Position numbers and translations under genes: made by a program | Part shown: positions 26,566 to 36,969 of the stretch, one piece after another | How the letters are laid out: every line of letters begins with the position of its first letter | Position numbering within the stretch: the stretch's first letter is position 1 | Notes under the pieces: generated by a model | Told to the model about the DNA's origin: nothing | Database searches by the model: none | Seen by the model: only the letters and a program-made list of their open reading frames with translations | Origin: a virus | Taxonomy: Duplodnaviria > Caudoviricetes | IMG/VR virus record: IMGVR_UViG_3300032272_000012 | Coordinates: 1 to 58,819 of that record | Strand: one strand, 5' to 3' | Length of the DNA stretch: 58,819 nucleotides

Positions 26566-27870
26566 ATGGCAAAAAACGACGATATGAAAAAAGGTAAGTA
26601 TGACGAATTAGGCTCGTTAGGTCTTCATCAAACAGGTGGTTTTGTAAACGAAGAAATTCTAACAGAACTTCAAGGCAAGCGTGGTATTCGTATATTCAGG
26701 GAAATGTCTGACAACGATGATACTGTTGGTGCTTGTTTATTAGCTATCAAAATGATTTTACGTGAAGTTAATTGGAATATCCAAGAAGTTTCACAAGATC
26801 AAAAAGATATTGAAATAGCTGATTTTGTTAAATCATGTATGGATGACATGGAGCATACTTGGGTTGATTTTATATCCGAAGTTTCCAGTATGCTTGAGTA
26901 CGGTTGGTCATGGCATGAACAAGTATTTAAGAAGCGTTCTGGCTATAGCAAAGACCTAACTAAAAACTCAAAACATGATGATGGTCGTATTGGTTGGCGA
27001 AAGCTTCCAATTCGTTCACAAGATACTCTATGGGCTTGGGATTTTGATGATAATGGAAATTTACAAGGTTTTGAACAAGTTGACGAGTATTCATATAATG
27101 CTAGTTGTGTGACCATACCACTAGAAAAATCACTTCATTTCAAATTAGTAAATTACAAGAATAATCCCGAAGGAAAATCAATTTTACGAAATGCGTACCG
27201 ATCGTGGTTTTTCAAAAAGAATATCCAAAACATTGAAGGTATTGGTATCGAGAGGGATTTAGCAGGGCTTCCAGTTGCTTATCTACCACCTGAATTTTTA
27301 AGTGACAATGCAACACCAAGCCAAAAAGCAACAGCTCAACAAATGCAAGATTTAGTTACAAATATCCGTCAAGATTCACAAGCTGGCATATTGATGCCCA
27401 TGGCTTTGGATGAGAATGGGCATAAGCTATTTGATCTTCAATTATTAAATGCTGCTGGCTCTAAACAGTTTGATACATCAGCTATTATTAGACGATATGA
27501 TCAAGGTATTTCAATGTCTATGTTAGCCGATTTTATAATGTTAGGGCATGACAATGTTGGTTCCTATGCACTTGCTGAAACAAAGAGCGAGCTGTTTACT
27601 AAGGCTGTTGGTGCTTGGGCTGATTCAATTTGTGATGTGTTTAATCGTTTTGCAATTCCTAAGCTTTGCCGATTAAATGGTTTTGATGTTGAGAAATATC
27701 CTAAGTTAACTAGATCGAAAATCACAAACGTAGATCTTAACACACTTGGTGAATTTATTTCTAAGCTAACTAGTTCGGGAGCTAATTTATTCCCTGATGA
27801 GAACCTTGAGAATCACTTGAGGGCGCAAGCTGATTTACCTTTGTCTAACACCGATATGAGTAGCTTATGA
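26566..27870 (+). CDS. Portal protein (Mu gp29/DUF935-like)
   Basis: Position after terminase. NNPEGKSILRNAY..ERDLAGLP. Confidence 0.9.
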   Translation: MAKNDDMKKGKYDELGSLGLHQTGGFVNEEILTELQGKRGIRIFREMSDNDDTVGACLLAIKMILREVNWNIQEVSQDQKDIEIADFVKSCMDDMEHTWVDFISEVSSMLEYGWSWHEQVFKKRSGYSKDLTKNSKHDDGRIGWRKLPIRSQDTLWAWDFDDNGNLQGFEQVDEYSYNASCVTIPLEKSLHFKLVNYKNNPEGKSILRNAYRSWFFKKNIQNIEGIGIERDLAGLPVAYLPPEFLSDNATPSQKATAQQMQDLVTNIRQDSQAGILMPMALDENGHKLFDLQLLNAAGSKQFDTSAIIRRYDQGISMSMLADFIMLGHDNVGSYALAETKSELFTKAVGAWADSICDVFNRFAIPKLCRLNGFDVEKYPKLTRSKITNVDLNTLGEFISKLTSSGANLFPDENLENHLRAQADLPLSNTDMSSL

Positions 27871-28880
27871 CATTTAAATCAATCGACACTCACGCAATAT
27901 CTAATCAATGCAATAGCACCTATAAAAAATGGGTGCGGTTTGAAAAGGTTGTTATTAGCCATGGCAGCGATAGGCTTATTTTAAAGCAGAAAAAAGATAG
28001 TCCAGAAAATGACATGATTGATTTTAGAAATATTGCTTTTGATATTAAAGACGATATTAAGAGCAATTTAGAGGCTGGTTTTAAGTCAATGCGTAATAAT
28101 ATTGACGATGAAAAACTAACTGAATCAATCGAAGCGGGCTCTAGTGTTGATCAAGTTTATTATGACTCTAATTTGATCGCTACTGAAGAAACTTTTAACA
28201 AATATGAAGCTGCAATTTTAGGAGCATTCTTACTAGGTGGTGGGCGTTCTAGGAAAGTACTTCAAAACACAGTTGATAGCCAGTTAACTGGTAAGCGTGA
28301 AGTGATTTTTGAGGCAAAACATAGATCAGTTGACGATTATATTAAAAAATATACAGGCGAGAAAATCACAGCTATCAATCAAACTCAGCTAGAGAATGTT
28401 CGATTAGTTTTTGCTGATGCATACAAGAATGGTCACTCTGTAAACAAAATAAAGACGAGATTAAAACAGAGTGTTGGATTAAATAATAGACAAATGAAAG
28501 CTTTGCAAAACCGTGAAGCTAAATTATTGAAATCAGGCATGTCGAAAACTCAAGTCGATAGAGCTCTAAAAGAATACCACAAAAAATTGTTAGGACAGCG
28601 AGCCGAAATGATCGCAAAGACCGAAGCTAGTTTTATCAAAAATCACGCTTTGGATTTAGTTGTACAGCAAAATTATGACTTGGTGAATCAAGAAGGGATG
28701 ACACTCCATAAAAAATGGGCTGTCTCAATATGGGATAGGGCTTGTCCAATATGCCAAGGAATTGACGGTGATGAGGTTCCTTATCCAGAAAATTTCAACG
28801 GTGGGTATTTCAAACCGCCCGTTCACCCTGTTTGTTATTGTGAAATAATATTATTCTACAAGGTAATTAAGTTAAACTAA
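27867..28880 (+). CDS. Head morphogenesis protein (Mu gpF-like)
   Basis: RAEMIAKTE..CPIC..PPVHPVCYC. Confidence 0.85.
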   Translation: MTFKSIDTHAISNQCNSTYKKWVRFEKVVISHGSDRLILKQKKDSPENDMIDFRNIAFDIKDDIKSNLEAGFKSMRNNIDDEKLTESIEAGSSVDQVYYDSNLIATEETFNKYEAAILGAFLLGGGRSRKVLQNTVDSQLTGKREVIFEAKHRSVDDYIKKYTGEKITAINQTQLENVRLVFADAYKNGHSVNKIKTRLKQSVGLNNRQMKALQNREAKLLKSGMSKTQVDRALKEYHKKLLGQRAEMIAKTEASFIKNHALDLVVQQNYDLVNQEGMTLHKKWAVSIWDRACPICQGIDGDEVPYPENFNGGYFKPPVHPVCYCEIILFYKVIKLN

Positions 28881-28892
28881 AAGGTAAATCCA

Positions 28893-29999
28893 ATGGCTAA
28901 AAGTGAAAAATTAAAATTTATTTTAAAAGAACTTAAAAATTCTAGTGTTGAAATGTCTGGATCAATGTTTGATCCCATGGTTATTGATAGTGATACTATT
29001 GATTTTCAAAATGACTTACCCATGGATTTAATGGGCTTTCTTTTAGAGCATGATTACTTTCAAGATGTTTACATTGAGCCTATATTTAAAGGCGGAAAAG
29101 CATTTATATTTAAAGATAATGATCAACTACAAGTAGTCTGTTTTAACTCTGAGTACAAGCAAATAAATCCTTTGACATTACCGCAAAAAATCGAGTTGCT
29201 TGATATAGAGGGTGATTTTTTAATAATAGGTTCTATTGTATCTATTGAAAATTCTGTTAAAATACTAGCAGACGATATCCTTTTAATTTACAATGAGAAC
29301 ATAGCTTATTATTGTTATGAAGATAGGAGGGAAATATTAAGAGACTTTTATCAAACTAAATTCCAAAAATTAGTTGATGTTGTTGGTTTGTTGAATGTTG
29401 AAAGGGTAGATAAAAGTGAAGTTCCTAGCGCAATAGAAAAATATTATAACAGCGATGATTGCGAAGGTATTATTTTAAAACGTTGCGGTAGTATGTACGA
29501 AACATCTAAGAATAATGAAGATTGGTTCACGATAGATTTTAAAAAATCGGGAGAAAAACTCATTACTAAAAACAACGAACAAATAAGCGACGATCAAATC
29601 AAACAGATTGCAAAATCTAATGATATGGTCGAAGTGCATAAGGCTAAGGCTCTTGATACTCAAGACGAAAAGCAGTTTGTTCTAGGTGTTGTTACTGAGC
29701 CTTTGTATATGGATGCTGAAGGCGATATCATGACACCCGAAGCCATTGAAGACATGGCACATCGTTATTTAAAAGAGCGTCGACACATTGGAATTATTCA
29801 TCAAGAATTTGCCGATGCATACTTAGTTGAATCATATATTGCTCGCATCGACTTTGAATTGAATGGTGAGCTTGTTAAAAAAGGCAGTTGGATAATTGGG
29901 GTTATTATTGAAAATAAAGACCTGTGGGACGCTGTTAAGATTGGTTTGATCAATGGCTTTTCTGTTGGTGGTTTTTCTAAAGAAAAGGAATTGACTTGA
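28893..29999 (+). CDS. Degenerate ATP-dependent DNA-ligase domain fused to an XkdF-like prohead protease
   Basis: N-part YIEPIFKG..DDILL..EDRREIL..EGIILK..DW. C-part VLGVVTEP..DAEGD..HQ..VESY..KGSW..GFSVGG. Confidence 0.8.
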   Translation: MAKSEKLKFILKELKNSSVEMSGSMFDPMVIDSDTIDFQNDLPMDLMGFLLEHDYFQDVYIEPIFKGGKAFIFKDNDQLQVVCFNSEYKQINPLTLPQKIELLDIEGDFLIIGSIVSIENSVKILADDILLIYNENIAYYCYEDRREILRDFYQTKFQKLVDVVGLLNVERVDKSEVPSAIEKYYNSDDCEGIILKRCGSMYETSKNNEDWFTIDFKKSGEKLITKNNEQISDDQIKQIAKSNDMVEVHKAKALDTQDEKQFVLGVVTEPLYMDAEGDIMTPEAIEDMAHRYLKERRHIGIIHQEFADAYLVESYIARIDFELNGELVKKGSWIIGVIIENKDLWDAVKIGLINGFSVGGFSKEKELT

Positions 30000-30000
30000 T

Positions 30001-30954
30001 ATGTCTGAAAAAGATACAATTGCTAAATTAACACAGCTAGAAAAAGTAAATGCTTATGAAGTTTCATTGGTTCCTTTTGGAGTTAATGAAAAGAAAAAAT
30101 TTTTAATAACCAAAAACGGAGAAACCACAGTGAGCAATTTATTAACACAAATTCTAAAAAGCGAGTTCAAGGATACTGATAAGTTGATTGAGATCGCTAA
30201 GTCAAAGGGACTTGACGAAACAGCGACAAATGGACTTGTCGCGATTTTAAAGATTGCTAGTGCCAAGGATATGGGACTAGACGCAGGAAAAGTTAGTGAG
30301 GTGTTAAAATCTCTTAACGGCGAAAAATCAACTGATGAGATCAAGGAAGAACTCACAGTTGAAATTAAAAAGCAGTTGAATATCAAGGATGGCAAACCAG
30401 ATGGAATGCCTAACGATAAAAACGATCATGGAGGTGATGATTTGAGTGGTGTTCCAGTTTTAAAAGGTGGGAAATGGGATTTAACAAACGTTGACGGAAA
30501 GCTTAAAGATGTTTTAGGTCCGATCTTAAAGCAGAATGAAAAGTTTGCAGAAGACAATAAGAATTTGTCTGACAAACTTCAAGTAGCTGAAGATTCTCGT
30601 GTGTTAAAAATGTTTGAAGACAAGGCAAAAGATTATGGCCATGTTGCTGAAGATGCAACTAAGTTAGCTGCTGTTCTTAAGTCTATTCACGATGCTAACC
30701 CAGAAAATGCAGAAGCAATTGAAGTTGTATTAAAATCAGCTTCCAAGAAAATTGACGAAGCAAAAGTTTTTGAAGAAGTTGGAAACAACAACTCAAATTC
30801 AATTGGTGGCGACGCATGGACTGCGATCGAAAAATCTGCTGAAAAGCTTCAAAAAGAAAAGCCAGAGTTAAATCAAGCACAAGCAGTGGACTTAGTGATG
30901 AAAAACAACCCTAAGTTGTATGCTGATTACTTGAAAGAAAAAGAAGGAAAGTAA
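30001..30954 (+). CDS. Scaffolding protein
   Basis: Helical and charged. N-terminal EVSLVP. C-terminal NPKLYADY. Lies between the protease and capsid genes. Confidence 0.75.
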   Translation: MSEKDTIAKLTQLEKVNAYEVSLVPFGVNEKKKFLITKNGETTVSNLLTQILKSEFKDTDKLIEIAKSKGLDETATNGLVAILKIASAKDMGLDAGKVSEVLKSLNGEKSTDEIKEELTVEIKKQLNIKDGKPDGMPNDKNDHGGDDLSGVPVLKGGKWDLTNVDGKLKDVLGPILKQNEKFAEDNKNLSDKLQVAEDSRVLKMFEDKAKDYGHVAEDATKLAAVLKSIHDANPENAEAIEVVLKSASKKIDEAKVFEEVGNNNSNSIGGDAWTAIEKSAEKLQKEKPELNQAQAVDLVMKNNPKLYADYLKEKEGK

Positions 30955-31008
30955 TTTAGTTTTTAATTTTAGTTTTAAATAAATCAATTTTAATGAAGGA
31001 ATATTAAA

Positions 31009-31719
31009 ATGGCTTACGAACAACCATTATTTTGTGATGGAAATGAAATTGCTGATGTAGATTTGACCACTAAACAATTTTATGCAGTTAAATTAACAGC
31101 GACTGGTTATAACCTTTGTGGTGCTGGTGAAGACTGTCATGGATTTTTGCAAAATGATCCAGACATAAATGAAGTATGTAGTGTGATGGTTGAGGGCGTT
31201 TCTAAAGCTGTTGCAGCGGAAGCATTAGCAAAGGGAGCAAAAGTAACTTCTAACGCGGCTGGTAAATTAGTTGCAGCAATAGCTAGCGATTCTGTCATTG
31301 GAACTCTTAAAGAAGCTTCTGCGGCTGATGGTGATATCGTATCAGTATTAATTAATCGTTTTGGTGTATCAATGAATGATACTAACGAAACAGCTGATGC
31401 AGATTTGACCACTAAACAATATTACGCAGTTAAATTAACAGCAACAGGTTATGCCCTTTGTGGTGCTGGAGAGCCTTGTGACGGGTTCTTACAAAATGCT
31501 CCTGACATAACTGAAGTTTGCGATGTTCAAACTTTAGGAGTTTCTCAAGTAGTCGTTGCAGCAGCTCTTGCAAAAGGTGCAAAAGTAACACCCGACGCAG
31601 CTGGTAAATTAGTTGCAGCAACTACAGGTGATTTTATTATCGGAACTCTCAAGGAAGCTTCTGCGGCTGATGGTGATGTTGTTTCAATGTTGATCAATCG
31701 TTATGGCGTTTCGGCTTAA
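31009..31719 (+). CDS. Capsid cement/decoration protein (DUF2190-like), internally duplicated
   Basis: Two near-identical units of about 115 aa. Confidence 0.8.
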   Translation: MAYEQPLFCDGNEIADVDLTTKQFYAVKLTATGYNLCGAGEDCHGFLQNDPDINEVCSVMVEGVSKAVAAEALAKGAKVTSNAAGKLVAAIASDSVIGTLKEASAADGDIVSVLINRFGVSMNDTNETADADLTTKQYYAVKLTATGYALCGAGEPCDGFLQNAPDITEVCDVQTLGVSQVVVAAALAKGAKVTPDAAGKLVAATTGDFIIGTLKEASAADGDVVSMLINRYGVSA

Positions 31720-31777
31720 TGTTTAGTTTTTAGTTTTTTGAAAATGGATTTTTAATTTTTTATTAGGAGAGACAAGG

Positions 31778-32740
31778 ATGTCACAACCAACTAAAAGTGC
31801 TGTGCATATAGATCGACCGTTAACTAACATGTCGGTAGCATACATTCAATCACAACAAAATTTTATTGCTAACCAAGTTTTCCCTCGTGTCCCTGTGATG
31901 AAGTCTAGTGATAAGTATTTTACTTATCCAAAAGGTTTTTTCTTCACAGACGAAATGCAGTTAAGAGCACCAGCGACAGAATCTAAAGGAACTGGCTATG
32001 GTATCGGAACTGATTCTTACAGCACTGACACATGGGCATTGCACCATGACATTGCTGATGAGATCAGAGACAACCAAGATCAGCCTTTAAACGCAGATCG
32101 TGACGCTATGCAGTTTCTTACACAAAAAGGATTTATCAGACAAGAAAAAATCTTTTCTGAAAAATACTTCACAACTGGGCTTTGGACTGGATCTTCTACA
32201 GGTGCCGATATTGATTTGGTAGCTGCAAAATGGTCTGTTGATACATCTACTCCGATCAAAGATGTTGACGATCAAAAAGAAGCAATGCGTGAGAAAACAG
32301 GAATCGAGCCTAATAAGCTTGTAGTTTCCTCTAAAGTGCATAAGGCGCTTAAAAACCACCCTGAAATCATTGATCGTGTTAAGCACACTCAGTTGGGTGT
32401 TGTAACTCATGAATTGTTAGCTCAGATGTTTGAGATTGATCAATACATCGTAGCAAAAGCAACTCACAACACTGCAAACGAAGGTGCAGCGGCATCTATG
32501 AGTTTCATCCTTGGTGATTATGCGTTGCTTTGTTACGCACCACAAACGCCAAGCATTATGACTCCATCAGCTGGGTATATCTTCCCATGGGTTGGGCATA
32601 TTGCTGCTTCTGAGTATGGACACAAGTTCTTTAAGTTCAGAATGGATCATTTAAAAGCTGATCGCTTAGAAATTGAAATGGCTTTTGATATGAAACAAGT
32701 TGCTGCTGACTTGGGTTGTATGTTTAAAAATGTAATTTAA
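31778..32740 (+). CDS. Major capsid protein (HK97 fold)
   Basis: HIDRPLTNMSVAY..FIANQVFPRVPV. Position and size fit. Confidence 0.9.
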   Translation: MSQPTKSAVHIDRPLTNMSVAYIQSQQNFIANQVFPRVPVMKSSDKYFTYPKGFFFTDEMQLRAPATESKGTGYGIGTDSYSTDTWALHHDIADEIRDNQDQPLNADRDAMQFLTQKGFIRQEKIFSEKYFTTGLWTGSSTGADIDLVAAKWSVDTSTPIKDVDDQKEAMREKTGIEPNKLVVSSKVHKALKNHPEIIDRVKHTQLGVVTHELLAQMFEIDQYIVAKATHNTANEGAAASMSFILGDYALLCYAPQTPSIMTPSAGYIFPWVGHIAASEYGHKFFKFRMDHLKADRLEIEMAFDMKQVAADLGCMFKNVI

Positions 32741-32750
32741 TTTACACTAT

Positions 32751-32806
32751 AAGCTTTGATCAATTTCTAACGAGGACGTTTTTAGGTTTTGATCGAAGCT
32801 TTTTTT
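32751..32806 (+). terminator. Long hairpin terminator after the major capsid gene
   Basis: AAGCTTTGATC/GATCGAAGCTT plus T tract. The loop displays GAGGACGTTT. Confidence 0.65.
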
Positions 32807-32835
32807 AGATAACTGAAAGAATCGAGGTAATAATA

Positions 32836-33240
32836 ATGGCTGTAACAAAAGTATACATTGCTAGACGTAAAATCAACGGTCACGATGAAAACGGCAAGCC
32901 TAAAACGTATCATCCAACAGATATGATCGAACACGCTGAAAGTTGGGGTGGGCCTTTTAGGTCTATGAAAAGCCTTAAATGGATTGAAGAGCGTTATGTT
33001 GATGATGCTGAACTAGCAGAACTTAGAGGCGAAAATAAGGTTGAAGAAAAAGCTAAGTGTGAGAACTGCGACAAAGAATTTAAAAACGCTCGTGGCCTTA
33101 CAACGCATTTAAAAAAGTGTGAGCCTAAGAAAAAAGAAGAAGAAGAGTACGAAGAGGTTGAGGTTGAAGTTGAAGTTGAAGTTGATGAGGACGGAAACGA
33201 AATCGAGCCAGAGACAGAGGCGCCTCTAGTAACATTATAG
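32836..33240 (+). CDS. Hypothetical protein with C2HC zinc finger and acidic tail
   Basis: CENC..LTTHLKKC. EV repeats. Confidence 0.75.
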   Translation: MAVTKVYIARRKINGHDENGKPKTYHPTDMIEHAESWGGPFRSMKSLKWIEERYVDDAELAELRGENKVEEKAKCENCDKEFKNARGLTTHLKKCEPKKKEEEEYEEVEVEVEVEVDEDGNEIEPETEAPLVTL

Positions 33241-33273
33241 TATTGATCACTCATTAAACAAGGAAGTTTAATC

Positions 33274-33714
33274 ATGAGTTTTTCATATAGCGGAAATCCA
33301 GCCAGCTCTCAAAAAGATGAAGTTCGGTTTTTACTCGGTGACACGTTTAAGGACAAAGCTTTAATGCTTGACGAAGAAATAAACTATCTGATTAGCAGTG
33401 AGGGCGGCTCTTTACAAGCTGCTATTGCTGGTGCTTTACAGCTTGCAGCTAGGTTTTCAAAACAAGCCGATGAAAAAGTCGGCAAGGTATCAAAAAAGTA
33501 TTCACAAAGATCATCTGCTTATCTAAAACTAGTCGACGAGCTTAGGAAAAAAATAACTTGGTCGGGCGGCTTAACTATCTACGCAGGTGGTATTTCTAAA
33601 GCTGATAAATCAAATAATGATTCTAAATCAGACAGAGTTAAGCCAATATTTACTAGAGAAACGCACAATAACGAGCTAGTAGGTGAGACAGATGACCACA
33701 TTAGAAATTGTTGA
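33274..33714 (+). CDS. Head-tail adaptor
   Basis: FSYSGNP..DEVRFLLGDT..DEEI. Confidence 0.8.
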   Translation: MSFSYSGNPASSQKDEVRFLLGDTFKDKALMLDEEINYLISSEGGSLQAAIAGALQLAARFSKQADEKVGKVSKKYSQRSSAYLKLVDELRKKITWSGGLTIYAGGISKADKSNNDSKSDRVKPIFTRETHNNELVGETDDHIRNC

Positions 33715-34189
33715 TATTGATCATGGTGGAAAAAAAGCACTTAGAAACTTAGCTAACCTAAAAGACATTCACGGTTATGCTGGGATTTTTGAAGAGGCTG
33801 GTACTTATCCAACAAAGGATAGTCCACCTGTTGCACAAGTAGCGTTTTGGAATCAATTTGGTACTAGAAATTCAGATGGAACTGAGCGAATACCTGAACG
33901 TCCTTTTATGTCAACAGCTTTTGATGAAATACGAAGAGATTTAGAAAAAGAATTAGAATGGGCATTAGAGGACATTATTGACGGTAAGGCAACACCGTAT
34001 AAAGCGATTGATAGGGCGGGAAAATATTTAGCTAAAAATATAAAGAAGAAAATAGTCGAGTGGAAAATACCAAGGAACGCAGATAGTACAATTGCAAAAA
34101 AAGGTTTTGACGATCCATTAATTGAAACTCGTAGAATGCTTAATTCTGTTAAGTTTAAGAAATTTAAAAAACCGAAAGTAAGAGATTAA
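33692..34189 (+). CDS. Neck / tail completion protein
   Basis: NQFGT..IPERPF..NADSTIAKKG..PLIET. Confidence 0.8.
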   Translation: MTTLEIVDIDHGGKKALRNLANLKDIHGYAGIFEEAGTYPTKDSPPVAQVAFWNQFGTRNSDGTERIPERPFMSTAFDEIRRDLEKELEWALEDIIDGKATPYKAIDRAGKYLAKNIKKKIVEWKIPRNADSTIAKKGFDDPLIETRRMLNSVKFKKFKKPKVRD

Positions 34190-34190
34190 A

Positions 34191-34553
34191 ATGGGAAATT
34201 CAAATTCAGATTTACTATATGACTTTGACGAAGATATAGACATTGTTAACGACGGTGAGGACGTAACGGTAAGTCGCCAAGCCGAGGGTGTTTATATAAA
34301 CGGTGAGTATGTCAGAGACGTGAGTAAAACTAAAACATATATAGCTAGATGCTCTGTGCAACCAGCTACTGGTGATGTGCTTTTGCATGTTCCAGAAAAC
34401 GAGAGGGATAAACAACACTTTATTGTTTTTAGTGACTTTAAATTTAAAAAGGACGATAATATCGAGAGAGATAGCAAAAATTACAAAATGCGATTTGTTA
34501 AAGATTGGAATGTGTACACCGAAAATTTGATGGTGCTTATAGATGTTGATTGA
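34191..34553 (+). CDS. Head closure protein
   Basis: Position. SVQP motif. Confidence 0.7.
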   Translation: MGNSNSDLLYDFDEDIDIVNDGEDVTVSRQAEGVYINGEYVRDVSKTKTYIARCSVQPATGDVLLHVPENERDKQHFIVFSDFKFKKDDNIERDSKNYKMRFVKDWNVYTENLMVLIDVD

Positions 34554-35076
34554 TAATACATTACAAATAACAAACATCAACTTAGCAGTATATAAGTGGA
34601 TGGAGCTATTAGACATAGTTTCTAATACACATATTGTTAGGCGCGAGCAAAACGTACCGAGGCCAGTAACAGGTTCTTATATTGGTTATAAGCTTACTTC
34701 TGGTCCTTTTAAAGTTGGATTCAATGATAACATTGAACATAAAATTGATTCTACTTTTACTAATTGGGGTCAACGTGAGTTAATTTATAGCGTTCAAACA
34801 TTCAGGGAAAGCGCTAATCAAATAGCTGCGTATATTCATGATTCACAAGAAATTTTAGACGTGAGGGATTTGTTAAGAACCTTTAACGTTGCGATTATAG
34901 ATGTTTCGACACCTTTAGATATTAGTTACGGCATAGAAACAGGCTTTGAAGAGAGGGCAGAAGTTACAATTAGGCTTAGAGCAAATGCCGAGTGGGATGT
35001 TGATCTAGGCGCAATTGAAACGACACAAATAGTTGGCACGTTGACTAGTGATAGTGGTAACGAAATTATAGTTTAA
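34543..35076 (+). CDS. Tail terminator / neck protein
   Basis: Immediately upstream of the sheath. QNVPRP motif. Confidence 0.7.
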   Translation: MLIDNTLQITNINLAVYKWMELLDIVSNTHIVRREQNVPRPVTGSYIGYKLTSGPFKVGFNDNIEHKIDSTFTNWGQRELIYSVQTFRESANQIAAYIHDSQEILDVRDLLRTFNVAIIDVSTPLDISYGIETGFEERAEVTIRLRANAEWDVDLGAIETTQIVGTLTSDSGNEIIV

Positions 35077-35108
35077 CAATTTTTTTAATTTGTTGGGAGT
35101 TTTTAAAA

Positions 35109-36440
35109 ATGAGTGAATTAGATAACATTATAGATCTAACCATCACACGACAAACAACGGCAGTATCACAAGCTGGTTTCGGCTCTGCTAACTTTTTGTC
35201 AAACGATGCTAGATTTAGCGATAGGATTAAAACCTATTCAGGAACAACAGAAGTGACCGAAGATACTTTAAGTGGTGCAGACACCCAAGCTTTTGCAGCT
35301 CAGTATTTTGGCCAAAACCCAAAGCCTACAATTTTGTATGTAACTAAGAAAATGAATGATATAGCTGAAACTTGGGTTTTAAGTTTCGATGCTGATTTTG
35401 TAACTTCTAACACTATCGATCTTAAGCTGAATGGAACAGCGTTAACACAAACAGTATTTACAACAGATCAAGCAACAACAATAGCTTTACTTGCTACCAA
35501 TATTGCGGCTGATGGTGATGTAACCACAGCGACTGTGACGGGTGTGAGAGAAATCACAATCGTAGCATCTGCTAATGATCTAGCTTTATTGTTTACAGAA
35601 TTAGTTGTAGCAGCTGGAGCTTCTCAAGCGACTGGTACTTTCGTTGCAACTCAATACGGTGATACATTAGGTACAGACGTTGAATCATTGACTGAAGCTG
35701 ACACAGTTGATAGCGATTGGTTTGCGCTTGCAGCTTATACAAGAGTTAAAGCTGATATCTTAGCTCTTGGCGTTTACATGCTTGGCAAGAAGAAAATCTA
35801 TGGTGCAGTATCAAATGATGCTGATGTTAAAAACAAAGTTGCTGATAACGTGTTAGAAGAGTTGAAAGCTTTCAACTATGAAAACGTGTTCTTGATCTAC
35901 ACAGAAAATGCAGGGACATACCCAGAAGGTGCGGCGTTTGGTAAGAACTTACCTAAAGACCCAGGCTCTATTACTTGGAAATTTAAAACTTTCACAGGTA
36001 TTCAAGCTGATACTTTCTCTAGCGCAGTGATCAAATCTGTTAAAGATCAAAACGGAAATGTTTATACCACAGTTGGTGGTCAAGATATTTTCCAAGAAGG
36101 CATGATGGTTAATGGTGAGTTTATCGACATTATCCGAGGCGCTTATTGGTTACATGCACGTATCCAAGAAAATGTTTATCAGCACTTAGTTACCGTTGAT
36201 AAAGTTCCGTACACCAATGGTGGTGTTGCACAGTTAACAGCTAAAGTTGATGAAATTCTATTACTTGGTGTTCGTCGTGAAGTCTTAAAAGCAGACCCAG
36301 CGCCAGCAGCAGACAGCGTTGACGTTCGTGATCAGTTAACGGCTGACAAGGCAAACAGATATTACCCTGATATCACTTTCACAGGTGAGTTTTCAGGCGC
36401 TATTCACTCAACAAAAATCGACGGAACGGTTTCTGTTTAA
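35109..36440 (+). CDS. Tail sheath protein (DUF3383-like)
   Basis: PGSITWKFK..GEFIDIIRG..KVPYT..GAIH. Confidence 0.9.
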   Translation: MSELDNIIDLTITRQTTAVSQAGFGSANFLSNDARFSDRIKTYSGTTEVTEDTLSGADTQAFAAQYFGQNPKPTILYVTKKMNDIAETWVLSFDADFVTSNTIDLKLNGTALTQTVFTTDQATTIALLATNIAADGDVTTATVTGVREITIVASANDLALLFTELVVAAGASQATGTFVATQYGDTLGTDVESLTEADTVDSDWFALAAYTRVKADILALGVYMLGKKKIYGAVSNDADVKNKVADNVLEELKAFNYENVFLIYTENAGTYPEGAAFGKNLPKDPGSITWKFKTFTGIQADTFSSAVIKSVKDQNGNVYTTVGGQDIFQEGMMVNGEFIDIIRGAYWLHARIQENVYQHLVTVDKVPYTNGGVAQLTAKVDEILLLGVRREVLKADPAPAADSVDVRDQLTADKANRYYPDITFTGEFSGAIHSTKIDGTVSV

Positions 36441-36499
36441 TTGAGTGACTAAATTTTAATATTACGGATGATTTATTTTAATATAAGGATGTATTTAAA

Positions 36500-36937
36500 A
36501 TGGCTGTAATTACGTACGACCCAAAAGAATATAATATTGTTTATGGTGGTAGAACCTTAAGCGGTTATGAAGATGGTACATTTATCACTATCGCTCGTGA
36601 TAATGATATGTGGACTAAAAAAACAGGTGCAGACGGAAAGGGTATTAGATCAAAATCTAATGATCGTTCTGGGCGTGTTGAAATTGTTTTATTGCAGGGA
36701 TCTTCTGACAATGAATTTTTATCTGAGATAGCATCGGCTGATGAATTAAACAACGGTGGTGTAAGAACTTTCGTTATGTCTAGTCAAAGTGATACAGATA
36801 AATTTGCAGCTGAAACCATGTGGGTTAAAAAAGTTCCAGATTCTCCATTCGCAAAAGAAGCAGGTTCTAGGACTTGGGTTTTAGAGACTGACGACCTTAG
36901 TGTATTTGTTGGTAAGAACAAGCAAGAAGGCGCTTAA
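36500..36937 (+). CDS. Tail tube protein (DUF3277-like)
   Basis: TYDPK..GADG..LLQGSSDNEFLS..RTW. Confidence 0.88.
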   Translation: MAVITYDPKEYNIVYGGRTLSGYEDGTFITIARDNDMWTKKTGADGKGIRSKSNDRSGRVEIVLLQGSSDNEFLSEIASADELNNGGVRTFVMSSQSDTDKFAAETMWVKKVPDSPFAKEAGSRTWVLETDDLSVFVGKNKQEGA

Positions 36938-36969
36938 CAATCAATTTTTTTAAGAGGACGTTTTAAAAA

